DNA of 52,555 nt from Actibacterium sp. (GTDB taxonomy: Bacteria; Pseudomonadota; Alphaproteobacteria; Rhodobacterales; Rhodobacteraceae). The position numbers and the translations under genes are program-made. A model generated the notes under the pieces. It saw only the letters and a program-made list of their open reading frames with translations. It did not search any database and had not been told where the DNA came from. Position 1 is the first letter of the stretch. The number at the start of each line of letters is the position of its first letter. Where the stretch lies: NCBI GenBank assembly GCA_016278285.1, contig JADQCD010000127.1:1-52555 (forward strand). The letters run 5' to 3'. Shown here one piece after another: positions 35,877 through 44,380 of the stretch.

Positions 35877-36959
35877 TCATTCGGCGGGCACGCCCACCGG
35901 GACGGTCGCGTGCAGATCCGCGCGATAGGGTTTGGCGGTGTCCGGCAGGGTGCGCTTGATGAAATGATCCTCGTCGCGCAACTGGCGGACCAGGGCGGGC
36001 CACATCTCGGCGAAGGCCTCGGGGATGGACCGGTTGGGCGCCGGCAGGTCATGCTTGATCGCCTCATGCAACTGGGGAAGCCGATGATAGGGCACCATCG
36101 GAAACATGTGATGTTCGACGTGGTAATTCATGTTCCAATAGATGAAGCGGCTGATCGGGTTCATCAGGACGGTGCGCGAATTCAACCGGTGATCGGTGAC
36201 ATTCTCGGCCAGCCCTCCGTGCTGCAACACCCCCGTCATGACATGGTGCCACGCGCCATAGAGCCGCGGCAGCCCTATCAACATCAGCGGCAGGATCGAG
36301 TTCAGAGCAAACGCCATCGCGATCACCGTGGCATAAATCGCCACCCAGATGCGGGCCACGCGGATCACCTTGGGCTGCTCGGGCCTGGGCACGAAATCCG
36401 CCTCGTCCGGCGTCAGCCGCCCGGTCGCATTGGTCAGCATGCGGCCTATGGCGGTCCAGGCGTCCACCAGACCGAAGAAATTGGCTATTACTCGTGCCAG
36501 CGCCGGCGGCCGCATCAGCACCACCTCGGGGTCGCGCCCGACGATAACCGTGTCGGTGTGGTGGCGGGCATGGGACCAGCGCCAGGTATGCGGGTTACGC
36601 ATCATGCAGAAGCTGGCGATCTGGTACAGCCAGTCGTTGTAGGAACGGGTCTTGAAGGCCGTGCCGTGACCGCATTCGTGCCAGCGCGAATCCATCGCCG
36701 AGCCGTAAAGCACCCCGTAGCCAAGCCAGAACGGCACCGACCACAGCGTGGGCCACAGAACGATCCCGAACCCTGCCAGCACGATCATCGAGGCGAACAG
36801 GATGGCGGTGTCTCGGATCGCCGGGCCGTTCGTTCGTTTCATCAGATCCTTCATCGTCTTGCGCGGCAGGTCGGTGTGATACCAGTCCGCCGCGGCCAGC
36901 CCGGTCTGCACAGCCCACGCGGAGTCGGGGCCGGTCATCGAATAGTCACGCTGGGTCAT
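35877..36959 (-). CDS. Membrane fatty-acid desaturase/hydrocarbon oxygenase family di-iron protein (MocD-like)
   Basis: 360 aa with three histidine boxes (HECGH, HARHH, NYHVEHH) and hydrophobic segments between them. Confidence 0.85.
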   Translation of the reverse strand: MTQRDYSMTGPDSAWAVQTGLAAADWYHTDLPRKTMKDLMKRTNGPAIRDTAILFASMIVLAGFGIVLWPTLWSVPFWLGYGVLYGSAMDSRWHECGHGTAFKTRSYNDWLYQIASFCMMRNPHTWRWSHARHHTDTVIVGRDPEVVLMRPPALARVIANFFGLVDAWTAIGRMLTNATGRLTPDEADFVPRPEQPKVIRVARIWVAIYATVIAMAFALNSILPLMLIGLPRLYGAWHHVMTGVLQHGGLAENVTDHRLNSRTVLMNPISRFIYWNMNYHVEHHMFPMVPYHRLPQLHEAIKHDLPAPNRSIPEAFAEMWPALVRQLRDEDHFIKRTLPDTAKPYRADLHATVPVGVPAE

Positions 36960-37100
36960 GGCTTTCTCCCGGATCGTCTGAGCGTTTCCGTCAATCTACC
37001 CGCGCAAACGACCGGGGCGTGAGAGCCGGGCTTGCTTTTCAATCAAAATCCATCAGAATCTCAGCGTCTTTGTTGATGTTTTCCGATCAAGGACCAGCCG

Positions 37101-38126
37101 ATGGCCAAGCGCCCCACCCTGCAGGACCTGGCCCGGGAGGCCGGCGTGGGCATCGCCACCGTCGACCGCGTTGTGCACGGCCGACCTCATGTCAGCGTGC
37201 AAACGGCGGACCGGGTGGCCGCCGCAGCCGAACGGATAGGCTATCACGTCGGTGGGCGCATCGCAGCGCGGCACGGCCCCGCGCCGCGACGCATCCGGCT
37301 GGGGATCGTCCTGCACAAGCAGGCGCAGCCGTTCTATCGCGCCTTTGCCTCCGCGCTTGAAGTTGCGGTGGCTCGCATTGACGCACGCGTCGATTCGCGC
37401 ATCGTCTATGCCCCCTCGCAATCGCCCGAGGATTTTGCCGCAGCCTTGCGCGAAGTGGCCGAGGACGCGGATGCCATCGCTGGTTCGGCGGTCAACCACA
37501 CCGCCGTGGACACGGCAGTGCGCGAATTGACCGCCGCCGGTCTGCCGGTCTTCGCGCTGCTCAACGATTTCGCCCAAGGCGCGCGGACGGCGTATTTCGG
37601 CCTCGATAACATGCGTGTCGGGCGCATCGCCGGATGGATGCTGGCCACCTTGATCCGGCAACCCGGAAACGTCGCGGTTTTCGTGGGCGGCAATCGCTGG
37701 CACGGGCATGTCCTGCGTGAGATGGGCTTTCGCGCCTGCCTGCGCGAGCGGGCGAGCACGCTTCAAGTTCTGGAGACGAAGGTCAACCTTGAGACGCGGC
37801 AGGTCACTTACGAGGCGACGCTGGACCTGTTGGATCGTGTCCCCGACCTGCGCGGTCTTTACGTCGCGGGCGGCGGCATGGAGGGTGCGATCGGGGCGCT
37901 GCGCGAGACCCGTCCGCCCGGCCGAGTGATGCTGGTCGTGAACGAACTGACGCCCGATAGCCGCGCGGCGTTAGCCGACGGTTATGCTGTGCTGGCAATC
38001 GCCACCCCGCTCGAGGCTCTGTCCCGGAGTCTTGTCGCAGCGATGCTGAGCGCCGCCAAAGGCCAGCCCCCTACGACGGATCGCCACATCTTTGAGCCGC
38101 AGCTGTATCTGCCGGAGTCGGTCTGA
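37101..38126 (+). CDS. LacI family transcriptional regulator (paralog of 26465..27496)
   Basis: 341 aa. HTH PTLQDLAREAGVGIATVDRVVHG. Shares long identical stretches with the other regulator (VAIFVGGNRWHGH, VNLETRQ.TYEATLDLL, YVAGGGMEGAI.ALRE). Confidence 0.9.
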   Translation: MAKRPTLQDLAREAGVGIATVDRVVHGRPHVSVQTADRVAAAAERIGYHVGGRIAARHGPAPRRIRLGIVLHKQAQPFYRAFASALEVAVARIDARVDSRIVYAPSQSPEDFAAALREVAEDADAIAGSAVNHTAVDTAVRELTAAGLPVFALLNDFAQGARTAYFGLDNMRVGRIAGWMLATLIRQPGNVAVFVGGNRWHGHVLREMGFRACLRERASTLQVLETKVNLETRQVTYEATLDLLDRVPDLRGLYVAGGGMEGAIGALRETRPPGRVMLVVNELTPDSRAALADGYAVLAIATPLEALSRSLVAAMLSAAKGQPPTTDRHIFEPQLYLPESV

Positions 38127-38169
38127 ACCGGCCGTCGCGACACGCGCCACTTTTCGCATCAAGTCACCT

Positions 38170-38395
38170 GTTCGGGGGATGGCGACAGGGCCGAGGCAGA
38201 GCGACTGATTTATCCGCGGACAGCACGCGATGTTTCGAACCGCGCGGCACATCCTGGCTGGGTGGATATCCACCGCAGGTTACGTCGCAAGGGCGTGACG
38301 CTGTCGCTGCTGTTGGCGTGACCTGCCGCGGAAATTTCATCCGGCCGCGATCGGAGCCCGGTTGGTGTTCACGCAACTTGGCGCGGGCTGAGCAA
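38170..38395 (+). pseudogene. IS21-family IstA transposase fragment
   Basis: My translation gives ...DGDRAEAERLIYPRTARDVSNRAAHPGWVDIHRRLRRKGVTLSLLLA*. This resembles the IstA segment (..LE..LFP.....RP.PDW..IH.EL.RKGVTL.LLWEEY). It is followed by weak out-of-frame continuation (..HPAAIGARLVFTQL..). Only about 70 aa are present. Confidence 0.55.
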
Positions 38396-38460
38396 TCTTC
38401 CTGCGCGCGGAGCTTTCATCTTTTGCAGCGCGGCGGTCGTGTTGTGGCTGCGTCCGGTCA

Positions 38461-38489
38461 GACCGGCGGCCCGCCCCGGGCCGCCGGTC
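38461..38489 (-). terminator. Strong GC hairpin immediately after soxD
   Basis: GACCGGCGGCCCG-CCC-CGGGCCGCCGGTC has 13 perfectly complementary positions on each arm. It lies 21 nt downstream of the soxD stop. There is no T-tract. Confidence 0.5.
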
Positions 38490-38509
38490 AGTCCCGAACT
38501 GTTCCAAGC

Positions 38510-39538
38510 CTATTCGAAGGTCTTGAGATAGGCGATCACGGCGTCGCGATCGGCCGCGTCGCTCAGGCCGCGGAAGGCCATTCGCGTGCGGCTGACATAG
38601 TCGCGCGGGTTTTCCAGGAAGGCGTGCAGCGCCTCTTCGTCCCAGACCTGCCCCTCTTCGCCCATCGCGGCCATCGCGTTCGAATAGCGAAAACCGTCTA
38701 CCGTGCCGATGGTCCGGCCCACGACACCGTTCAACTGCGGGCCCACCCGGTTCTTGGCGCCCTCGCCGACCATGTGACAGGCCTTGCACTGGCGGAACAC
38801 GTCTTCGCCCGCAGCGACCAGTTCAGGGTCCGGACTGGCAGGCGCGGCCGGTTCCGGCGCGGCCGAAGCGTCCTGCTGTTCCTCGGCGGCCTCCTCGTCG
38901 GTCTGCGTGCCCGGCGTCACGTCCAGAACCGAGGCATGCATGGTGATCTCGACACTGTCCTTGCAATTTTCCATGCAGGGTTCCTTGACGAATTTCGGAA
39001 ACTCCACCTCTTCGCGGTTGTCCACGATGAACCCGTCGGCATTCGGCATCTCGACATCCAGGAAATTCTCGTTCGAAAGAACGAAGTCGCTGTCCACCAG
39101 GAAGTTGGAATAAAGGATGTAGGCCGTGATTGCATAGGTCTCGTCGACGGTCAGCGTCTGCGCGTTGCCGAACGGCATAGAGCGGTGAACATAGTCCCAG
39201 GCCGTCGACAGGTAGGGCCAGTAAGAACCGACCGTCTTGACCGGGTCGCGGCGGTCGAGCGTGCCCATCCCGCCGGCAAGTTTCGGCCAGCGGCCGACCC
39301 CTTCGGCAAATTCGCCATGGCACGCCGCGCATTTCTCGACGAACAGGGTTTCCCCTTCGCTCACCGAACCCGACCCGGCGGGCAGTCCGGTGCCGTCGGG
39401 ACTGACATCCAGGTTCCATGCGGCGATTTCTTCGGGCGTGGCGGGACGTCCCAGGCCATATTCCTGGGCCATCGCCGGGCCGGCCACCAGTGCAGAGGCC
39501 AGCGCAGCACCGATCACCAGGTTACGATACTTCGACAT
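38510..39538 (-). CDS. soxD: Sulfane dehydrogenase diheme cytochrome c subunit
   Basis: Real start at ATG 39538 (MSKYRNLVIGAALASALVAGPAMA signal peptide). Two CxxCH motifs (CAACH, CKACH). Overlaps the soxC end by 17 nt. Confidence 0.9.
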   Translation of the reverse strand: MSKYRNLVIGAALASALVAGPAMAQEYGLGRPATPEEIAAWNLDVSPDGTGLPAGSGSVSEGETLFVEKCAACHGEFAEGVGRWPKLAGGMGTLDRRDPVKTVGSYWPYLSTAWDYVHRSMPFGNAQTLTVDETYAITAYILYSNFLVDSDFVLSNENFLDVEMPNADGFIVDNREEVEFPKFVKEPCMENCKDSVEITMHASVLDVTPGTQTDEEAAEEQQDASAAPEPAAPASPDPELVAAGEDVFRQCKACHMVGEGAKNRVGPQLNGVVGRTIGTVDGFRYSNAMAAMGEEGQVWDEEALHAFLENPRDYVSRTRMAFRGLSDAADRDAVIAYLKTFE

Positions 39539-40799
39539 TCTCGGCCTCCCCGTTCGGCTTGACCCACCAGGTCTGGATGCCGTTGTTGTGGTAGATGGAA
39601 TTTTCGCCCCGGATCGCGCGCAGCGCATCCTTGGTCGGCTGGACATAGCCCAGGCTGTCCATGGCACGACTTTGCAGCAGCATTTCAGATCCGTCCCAGT
39701 CGATCTCCAGGTAGAACCGGCTGACCGCCTTGTTCTGCCCGGGCGCGGCAAGGCGCGCGGTCTGCCAGTTCTTGCCGCCGTCGATCGAGACATCGACCCG
39801 CTCGATGGCACCGCGGCCCGACCAGGCCAGCCCTGTGATAACCAGCGGACCGGCGCCGTGGGTGATCGGTGACTGCGGGCTGGGCGAGGTAATGATCGAT
39901 TTCGCGTCCATCTCCCAGGTCCATTTGCGCGAGGTTCCGTCGGCCAGCGTGTCGGTGTATTTGCTGGTCTCTTCGCGGCTTTCCACGGGGCCGTCCATCA
40001 CCTCGACGCGGCGCAGCCATTTGACCCACATGTTGCCTTCCCAACCGGGAACGACCAGGCGCACGGGATAGCCATGTTCCTTGCGCAGCGCCTCGCCATT
40101 GGCCTTGAAGGCCACCAACACGTCGTCGAGTGCCTTGTCCATCGGGATCGACCGGCCGTTCGACGAAGCATCGGCACCCTCGACATAGATCCACTTCCCG
40201 CTCAAATCACCGGCGGCATCCAGTCCGGCCTCTTCCAGCAGGGTGCGCAGAGGCACGCCGGAATATTCCATGTTGTGGATCATGCCGTGCGTGAACTGCG
40301 CGCCGTTCAACTGCGCCCCGGCCCATTCCATCCCGCTATTGGCGGCGCATTCGCAGAAATAGACGTGGTTTTCGCGCGGGAACCGCTCCAGGTCGGCATA
40401 GGTGAAGACCAGCGGCCGGTCGACCAGGCCGTTGATCATCAGCCGGTAATCTTCCTTCCGCAGCTCGATCGCGCCCGAATGGTGCCGTTCGAAGGCGCAA
40501 CCCTGCGGGGTGATCGTCCCGTCCAGCGCGTGGATTGGCGTGAAATTGACCGAGCTCAGGGTCTCGGCCGTGAGCCAAGGCACGTTGCGCCGGATCACGT
40601 CGTCCTCGAACTTGATTGGCAGGCCATAGGGCACGGCATCGACCCCAACGCCGGTATAGCGCGCCCAGGGCTGAACCTCGGTGATAAGCGGATCGCCCGC
40701 GGCACGGGCCGCCCCGGCCGTGGCAACTGTGCCCCCCGCGGCGAGCCCTGCTTGCAGAAAGCCGCGCCGGGTGGTCGAGGATCCTGACTGATCTGTCAT
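39522..40799 (-). CDS. soxC: Sulfane dehydrogenase molybdopterin subunit
   Basis: Tat signal TRRGFLQAGLAAGG and a sulfite-oxidase-family Moco domain. Lies between soxB and soxD. Confidence 0.93.
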   Translation of the reverse strand: MTDQSGSSTTRRGFLQAGLAAGGTVATAGAARAAGDPLITEVQPWARYTGVGVDAVPYGLPIKFEDDVIRRNVPWLTAETLSSVNFTPIHALDGTITPQGCAFERHHSGAIELRKEDYRLMINGLVDRPLVFTYADLERFPRENHVYFCECAANSGMEWAGAQLNGAQFTHGMIHNMEYSGVPLRTLLEEAGLDAAGDLSGKWIYVEGADASSNGRSIPMDKALDDVLVAFKANGEALRKEHGYPVRLVVPGWEGNMWVKWLRRVEVMDGPVESREETSKYTDTLADGTSRKWTWEMDAKSIITSPSPQSPITHGAGPLVITGLAWSGRGAIERVDVSIDGGKNWQTARLAAPGQNKAVSRFYLEIDWDGSEMLLQSRAMDSLGYVQPTKDALRAIRGENSIYHNNGIQTWWVKPNGEAENVEVS

Positions 40800-40867
40800 A
40801 TCTGCAACCTCCTCAAAAGATGCATCACTTTATATTCGCATCTCAGAATATGTAAATCGGATTTCGT

Positions 40868-42559
40868 TCACGCACCCGTGACCTTGACCGATTTGTTCGG
40901 ATCGACCTGAACGGTGCCCTGCTGCTTGATGTAGCTTTCCACCACATCCCATATGGCCGGCCCCTCGGTGCCTTCATTGACCGAGGCCCAGCCGGCCACG
41001 ACATAGCTGCGCTCTGGCGCGATCGGTTCGCCGGTCTTCAGCAGGGTCATGCCGCTGATGCGGTTGCCCCGCTCCGCGCGCACGTCGATATGATAGCCCA
41101 TGCCGCCAACACGAACCATGTCCCCGCCCTGCTGATAATAGGGGTCGGGGTGGAACAGGTTGTCGGCCACATCTTCGAGGATCGTCTTCAGCGTCTCGCC
41201 GGTCATCTCGGAGCGATAGGCCTCCGGATAGGTCATTGCCGTGGCGTTGAACAGATCCTCGCGGGTGATCGGCTCGCCCGGCAACAGGCTTGGCCCCCAA
41301 CGGAAACCGGGCGACAAGGCGATCTCGGCCTCGCGCTCGTCGATAAGCGCGTTGCAGATCAGATCGTCCCATGTGCCGTTGAAATTGCCGCGCCGATACA
41401 ACAGGGTGTCGGTGGTCCCCAGCACCTCGTCCAGCTCGGCCTGGAACGGTGCGCGCTGCTTCTCGATCAGCGCGGCCACATTCTTGTCAGGCTCGATCAC
41501 GTCGGAAAAGATCGGGATCAGCTTATGCCGGAATCCCATCAACTGCCCGTCCCGGACGTCCAGATCAAGCCGCGTGACGAATTTGCCGTTCGAGCCGCTG
41601 GCGATCAGCATCGTGTCGCCCACCATGACCGGCTCGGGCAGAGCGTCATGGGTGTGGCCGGTCAGGATCACGTCGATCCCCTTGATCTGCCCGGCCATCT
41701 TGCGATCCACGTCAAAGCCGTTATGCGACAGAACCACCACCAGGTCGGCGCCCGCGTCGCGCACCTCCTGCACCAATTCGGCCATCCGTTCGTCACGGAT
41801 GCCAAAGCTGAGTTCGGGGAACATCCAGTCGGGATTGGCGATCGGCAGATACGGGAAGGCCTGACCGATCACCGCGATCTTCGCACCGCCCCGCTCGAAC
41901 ATCTTGTAGGGCTCATAGGCGGGTTCGTCCCAGGTCGCGTCGAAGATATTGGCGCCCAGGAAAGGGAAGTCGAGCCCGGCCACGATCTCGTTCACCCGCT
42001 CGGTGCCCAGGGTAAACTCCCAGTGCGACGTCATCGCGTCGGGTTTCAGGGCGTCCATGACGTTGACCATGTCCTGCCCGGCCGTCTTGAGCGTGGTGTA
42101 GGAGCCGTGCCAGGTATCGCCGCCGTCCAGCAGCAGCGCATCCGGTCGGTCGGCGCGGATCGCGTTCAACACGGTGGCCACCCGGTCCAACCCGCCCATC
42201 TTGCCATAACTGCGCGCCAGCGCGACAAAATCCAGGTAGGTCAGCGCATAGGCATGGGGCGTGCCCGGCTTCATGTCGTAATAGTTCAGAAACTCCTGCC
42301 CCGTCAGGTGCGGTGGCTGCCCCCGCGCCGCACCGACGCCGATATTGATCTCCGGCTCGCGGAACCATATCGGCTTCAGCTGGCCGTGAATGTCGGTTAC
42401 ATGAACCAGGGTCACGTTGCCGAACGTGTCGAAGTCAAGCAGTTGATCCTGGGTCAATGCCTGCTGGGCCGCCAGTTTCGACCAGTTGCCAACACCCGAA
42501 GCGCCATAGATGGCCGAGGCCGCGACCGTCGCCTGAAGAAAATCTCGCCGCGATATCAT
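40868..42559 (-). CDS. soxB: Thiosulfohydrolase (dimanganese 5'-nucleotidase-like)
   Basis: 563 aa. Tat signal MISRRDFLQATVAASA and metallophosphoesterase motifs (VHVTDIHGQ, GGDTWHG, GHTH). Confidence 0.95.
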   Translation of the reverse strand: MISRRDFLQATVAASAIYGASGVGNWSKLAAQQALTQDQLLDFDTFGNVTLVHVTDIHGQLKPIWFREPEINIGVGAARGQPPHLTGQEFLNYYDMKPGTPHAYALTYLDFVALARSYGKMGGLDRVATVLNAIRADRPDALLLDGGDTWHGSYTTLKTAGQDMVNVMDALKPDAMTSHWEFTLGTERVNEIVAGLDFPFLGANIFDATWDEPAYEPYKMFERGGAKIAVIGQAFPYLPIANPDWMFPELSFGIRDERMAELVQEVRDAGADLVVVLSHNGFDVDRKMAGQIKGIDVILTGHTHDALPEPVMVGDTMLIASGSNGKFVTRLDLDVRDGQLMGFRHKLIPIFSDVIEPDKNVAALIEKQRAPFQAELDEVLGTTDTLLYRRGNFNGTWDDLICNALIDEREAEIALSPGFRWGPSLLPGEPITREDLFNATAMTYPEAYRSEMTGETLKTILEDVADNLFHPDPYYQQGGDMVRVGGMGYHIDVRAERGNRISGMTLLKTGEPIAPERSYVVAGWASVNEGTEGPAIWDVVESYIKQQGTVQVDPNKSVKVTGA

Positions 42560-42640
42560 GTTCGTCGTCTCCGTTCAGGATGCACCGCGCCGAGCGGCGA
42601 ATGCAGGGCATCGGCCGATCGGCACGCTTTGGGGTAAAGG

Positions 42641-42682
42641 AACAAACGAATGAAAACCGCGCGCCGGCAATCCGGCGCGCGG
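42641..42682 (-). terminator. Canonical intrinsic terminator or attenuator between soxA and soxB
   Basis: On the coding (minus) strand: CCGCGCGCCGG-ATTG-CCGGCGCGCGG, a perfect 11-bp stem, followed directly by TTTTCATTCGTTTGTT. It begins 8 nt after the soxA stop. Confidence 0.55.
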
Positions 42683-42689
42683 CGGTCGA

Positions 42690-43550
42690 TCAGTTGCGCA
42701 CCGACGGCGCCTCGACATCGAGCCCGTTGCCGCGCGAGGCGACGTAAAGCTCCAGCGCCACGAATTCGGGCGAACCGGGCTTGTAGGTCTCCGCCCGGGT
42801 ATCCCGCACACAGCCCTTGAACCGCGAATGCACCGCATTGAGTTTGGCGTTCTTCAGACGATAGACCGGAAAGCCGTTGATCTGGCCCTGGCTGAGATGA
42901 TCCGCCCGGATCATGTCGCCGTAATGATCCTCGTGACAATTGGCGCAGCTCAGTTCCAGCTGACCGGTCCGGGTATAGTAGAGCTCCTTGCCCTTTTCCC
43001 AGGTCGACTGCGCCGGACCATCGATCGCCACATCCACCGGCATCCCCCGCGACTGAAGCGAGATCAGTGCAACCATGCTGGTCATCCCCGTGTCGGTATA
43101 GCCCCAAGCCTCGGCGCCCATGCGGTCGGTGCGGCAATCATTGATCTGCATTTCGAGAGTACGCACTTCCTGCGCATCCTCGTTCCATTTCGGATAGACC
43201 GCACGCACGCCCTTCATGCTGTCCGCCGGGTCGTCATGACACGAGGCGCAGGACTTGCCCTCGGTGCCATCGACCGTGTTCCAGACCTGCCGCGCCTTGT
43301 CGACGAAGATCATGCCCGGATTGTCGAAATCGTCCATCTGGACCGCACGGGTCGTGGGCGAGCGGAATTCCCACCCCGAATAGATCGTGTCGAGCGCACC
43401 CTCCAGATGGGCCGGCGCGGGCGCTTCGGTGATGATTTCGGTTTCACCGTTGATCACAAGCTTCTCGTCCGTCTGCCCCGCGGCCGCGCCGGCGCCAAGC
43501 GTCAGCATCGCCGCGGTGCAGATCATCGTCTTGAGCGACGTCGTTTTCAT
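42690..43550 (-). CDS. soxA: Diheme cytochrome c SoxA
   Basis: Signal peptide and two CxxCH motifs (CASCH, CANCH). Position is between soxZ and soxB. Confidence 0.93.
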   Translation of the reverse strand: MKTTSLKTMICTAAMLTLGAGAAAGQTDEKLVINGETEIITEAPAPAHLEGALDTIYSGWEFRSPTTRAVQMDDFDNPGMIFVDKARQVWNTVDGTEGKSCASCHDDPADSMKGVRAVYPKWNEDAQEVRTLEMQINDCRTDRMGAEAWGYTDTGMTSMVALISLQSRGMPVDVAIDGPAQSTWEKGKELYYTRTGQLELSCANCHEDHYGDMIRADHLSQGQINGFPVYRLKNAKLNAVHSRFKGCVRDTRAETYKPGSPEFVALELYVASRGNGLDVEAPSVRN

Positions 43551-43579
43551 GTCATTCCTCCCTGAATGCGACCCGGCAA

Positions 43580-43909
43580 TCAGCCGACCGAGACGGATTT
43601 CGATTCCTCGTAAACGGACCCGTCATCGTCATACCAGGTGAATTTCATCTCACCGGATTCGGGGATCTTTGCCTCGAACTCGAAATAGGGGTTGGTCGAG
43701 ATCGCCGGCTGCATGTTCACGTCGATCACGTTCTGCCCGTTGAAATCGCACACGAAGCGATGAATGATCGAGCGCGGGATGATGTTGCCTTCGCTGTCCT
43801 TGCGCTGACCCGATTCCATCGGGTGGCTGATCAGGGTCTTGATGACCACAGACTCGCCGGCTGAGGCCGAGCTTGGCACCTTCACGCGTGCGCGTACACC
43901 TTCTGCCAT
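43580..43909 (-). CDS. soxZ: Thiosulfate oxidation carrier complex protein SoxZ
   Basis: 109 aa, MAEGVRARVKVPSSASAGE..., typical SoxZ size. Immediately downstream of soxY. Confidence 0.93.
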   Translation of the reverse strand: MAEGVRARVKVPSSASAGESVVIKTLISHPMESGQRKDSEGNIIPRSIIHRFVCDFNGQNVIDVNMQPAISTNPYFEFEAKIPESGEMKFTWYDDDGSVYEESKSVSVG

Positions 43910-43927
43910 TTCTTCTTACTCCTCTGA

Positions 43928-44344
43928 TCAGCCGCCGCAGCCGCCGATGGTGACTTTCACGTTGTTGGACGTGCTGACGAAACTGCCGTCCGACATCTTG
44001 GCGACGGCCATCACGTCCTGCGTGCCTGCCAGGCGAATACGGGTGGACGCGCGCTGCGCCCCGGCCAGCGGGCCGAAATTGAACGTGACCACCTTGGGCG
44101 TCGGATTGCCGGTGGCCAGCACTGTGATCGCGGTGGCTCCGGGCGCCGAAACCTCGATCGGTACGGTGTTCCCGTTTTCGGCGATTTCGGGCGTGATCAG
44201 CTCCAGACCACCTTCGCCGATCTCGGCGCCGCCGGTGAACTCCGCGATCGCCTCATCCACGCTGGCCATTGCACGAATCGGCAGCGCCAGAGTGGCCGCG
44301 ACACCGGCGCCCAGAGCGATCGCTCCACGTCGTGTCAGTTCCAT
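43928..44344 (-). CDS. soxY: Thiosulfate oxidation carrier protein SoxY
   Basis: Tat-like signal MELTRRGAIALGAG and the diagnostic C-terminal GGCGG swinging-arm motif (VKVTIGGCGG). Confidence 0.93.
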   Translation of the reverse strand: MELTRRGAIALGAGVAATLALPIRAMASVDEAIAEFTGGAEIGEGGLELITPEIAENGNTVPIEVSAPGATAITVLATGNPTPKVVTFNFGPLAGAQRASTRIRLAGTQDVMAVAKMSDGSFVSTSNNVKVTIGGCGG

Positions 44345-44380
44345 TTCTCTCTCCTTGTCTGAAAGCGACCCGAAGCGGGG

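Noticed and set aside
38318-39562. 414-aa plus-strand ORF (also 41090..42637, 44529..46169 and 40074..40787) inside the sox cluster
   Set aside because: All are antisense to strongly supported sox genes (heme motifs, Tat signals, GGCGG) and have no recognisable motifs of their own.
40800-40867. AT-rich soxB-soxC spacer with AGATGC-N14-GCATCT as a possible internal promoter or operator
   Set aside because: It has only 6-bp arms and I found no second copy of the motif. It may simply be the ribosome-loading spacer (GAGGAGG precedes soxC). It is noted but not called.
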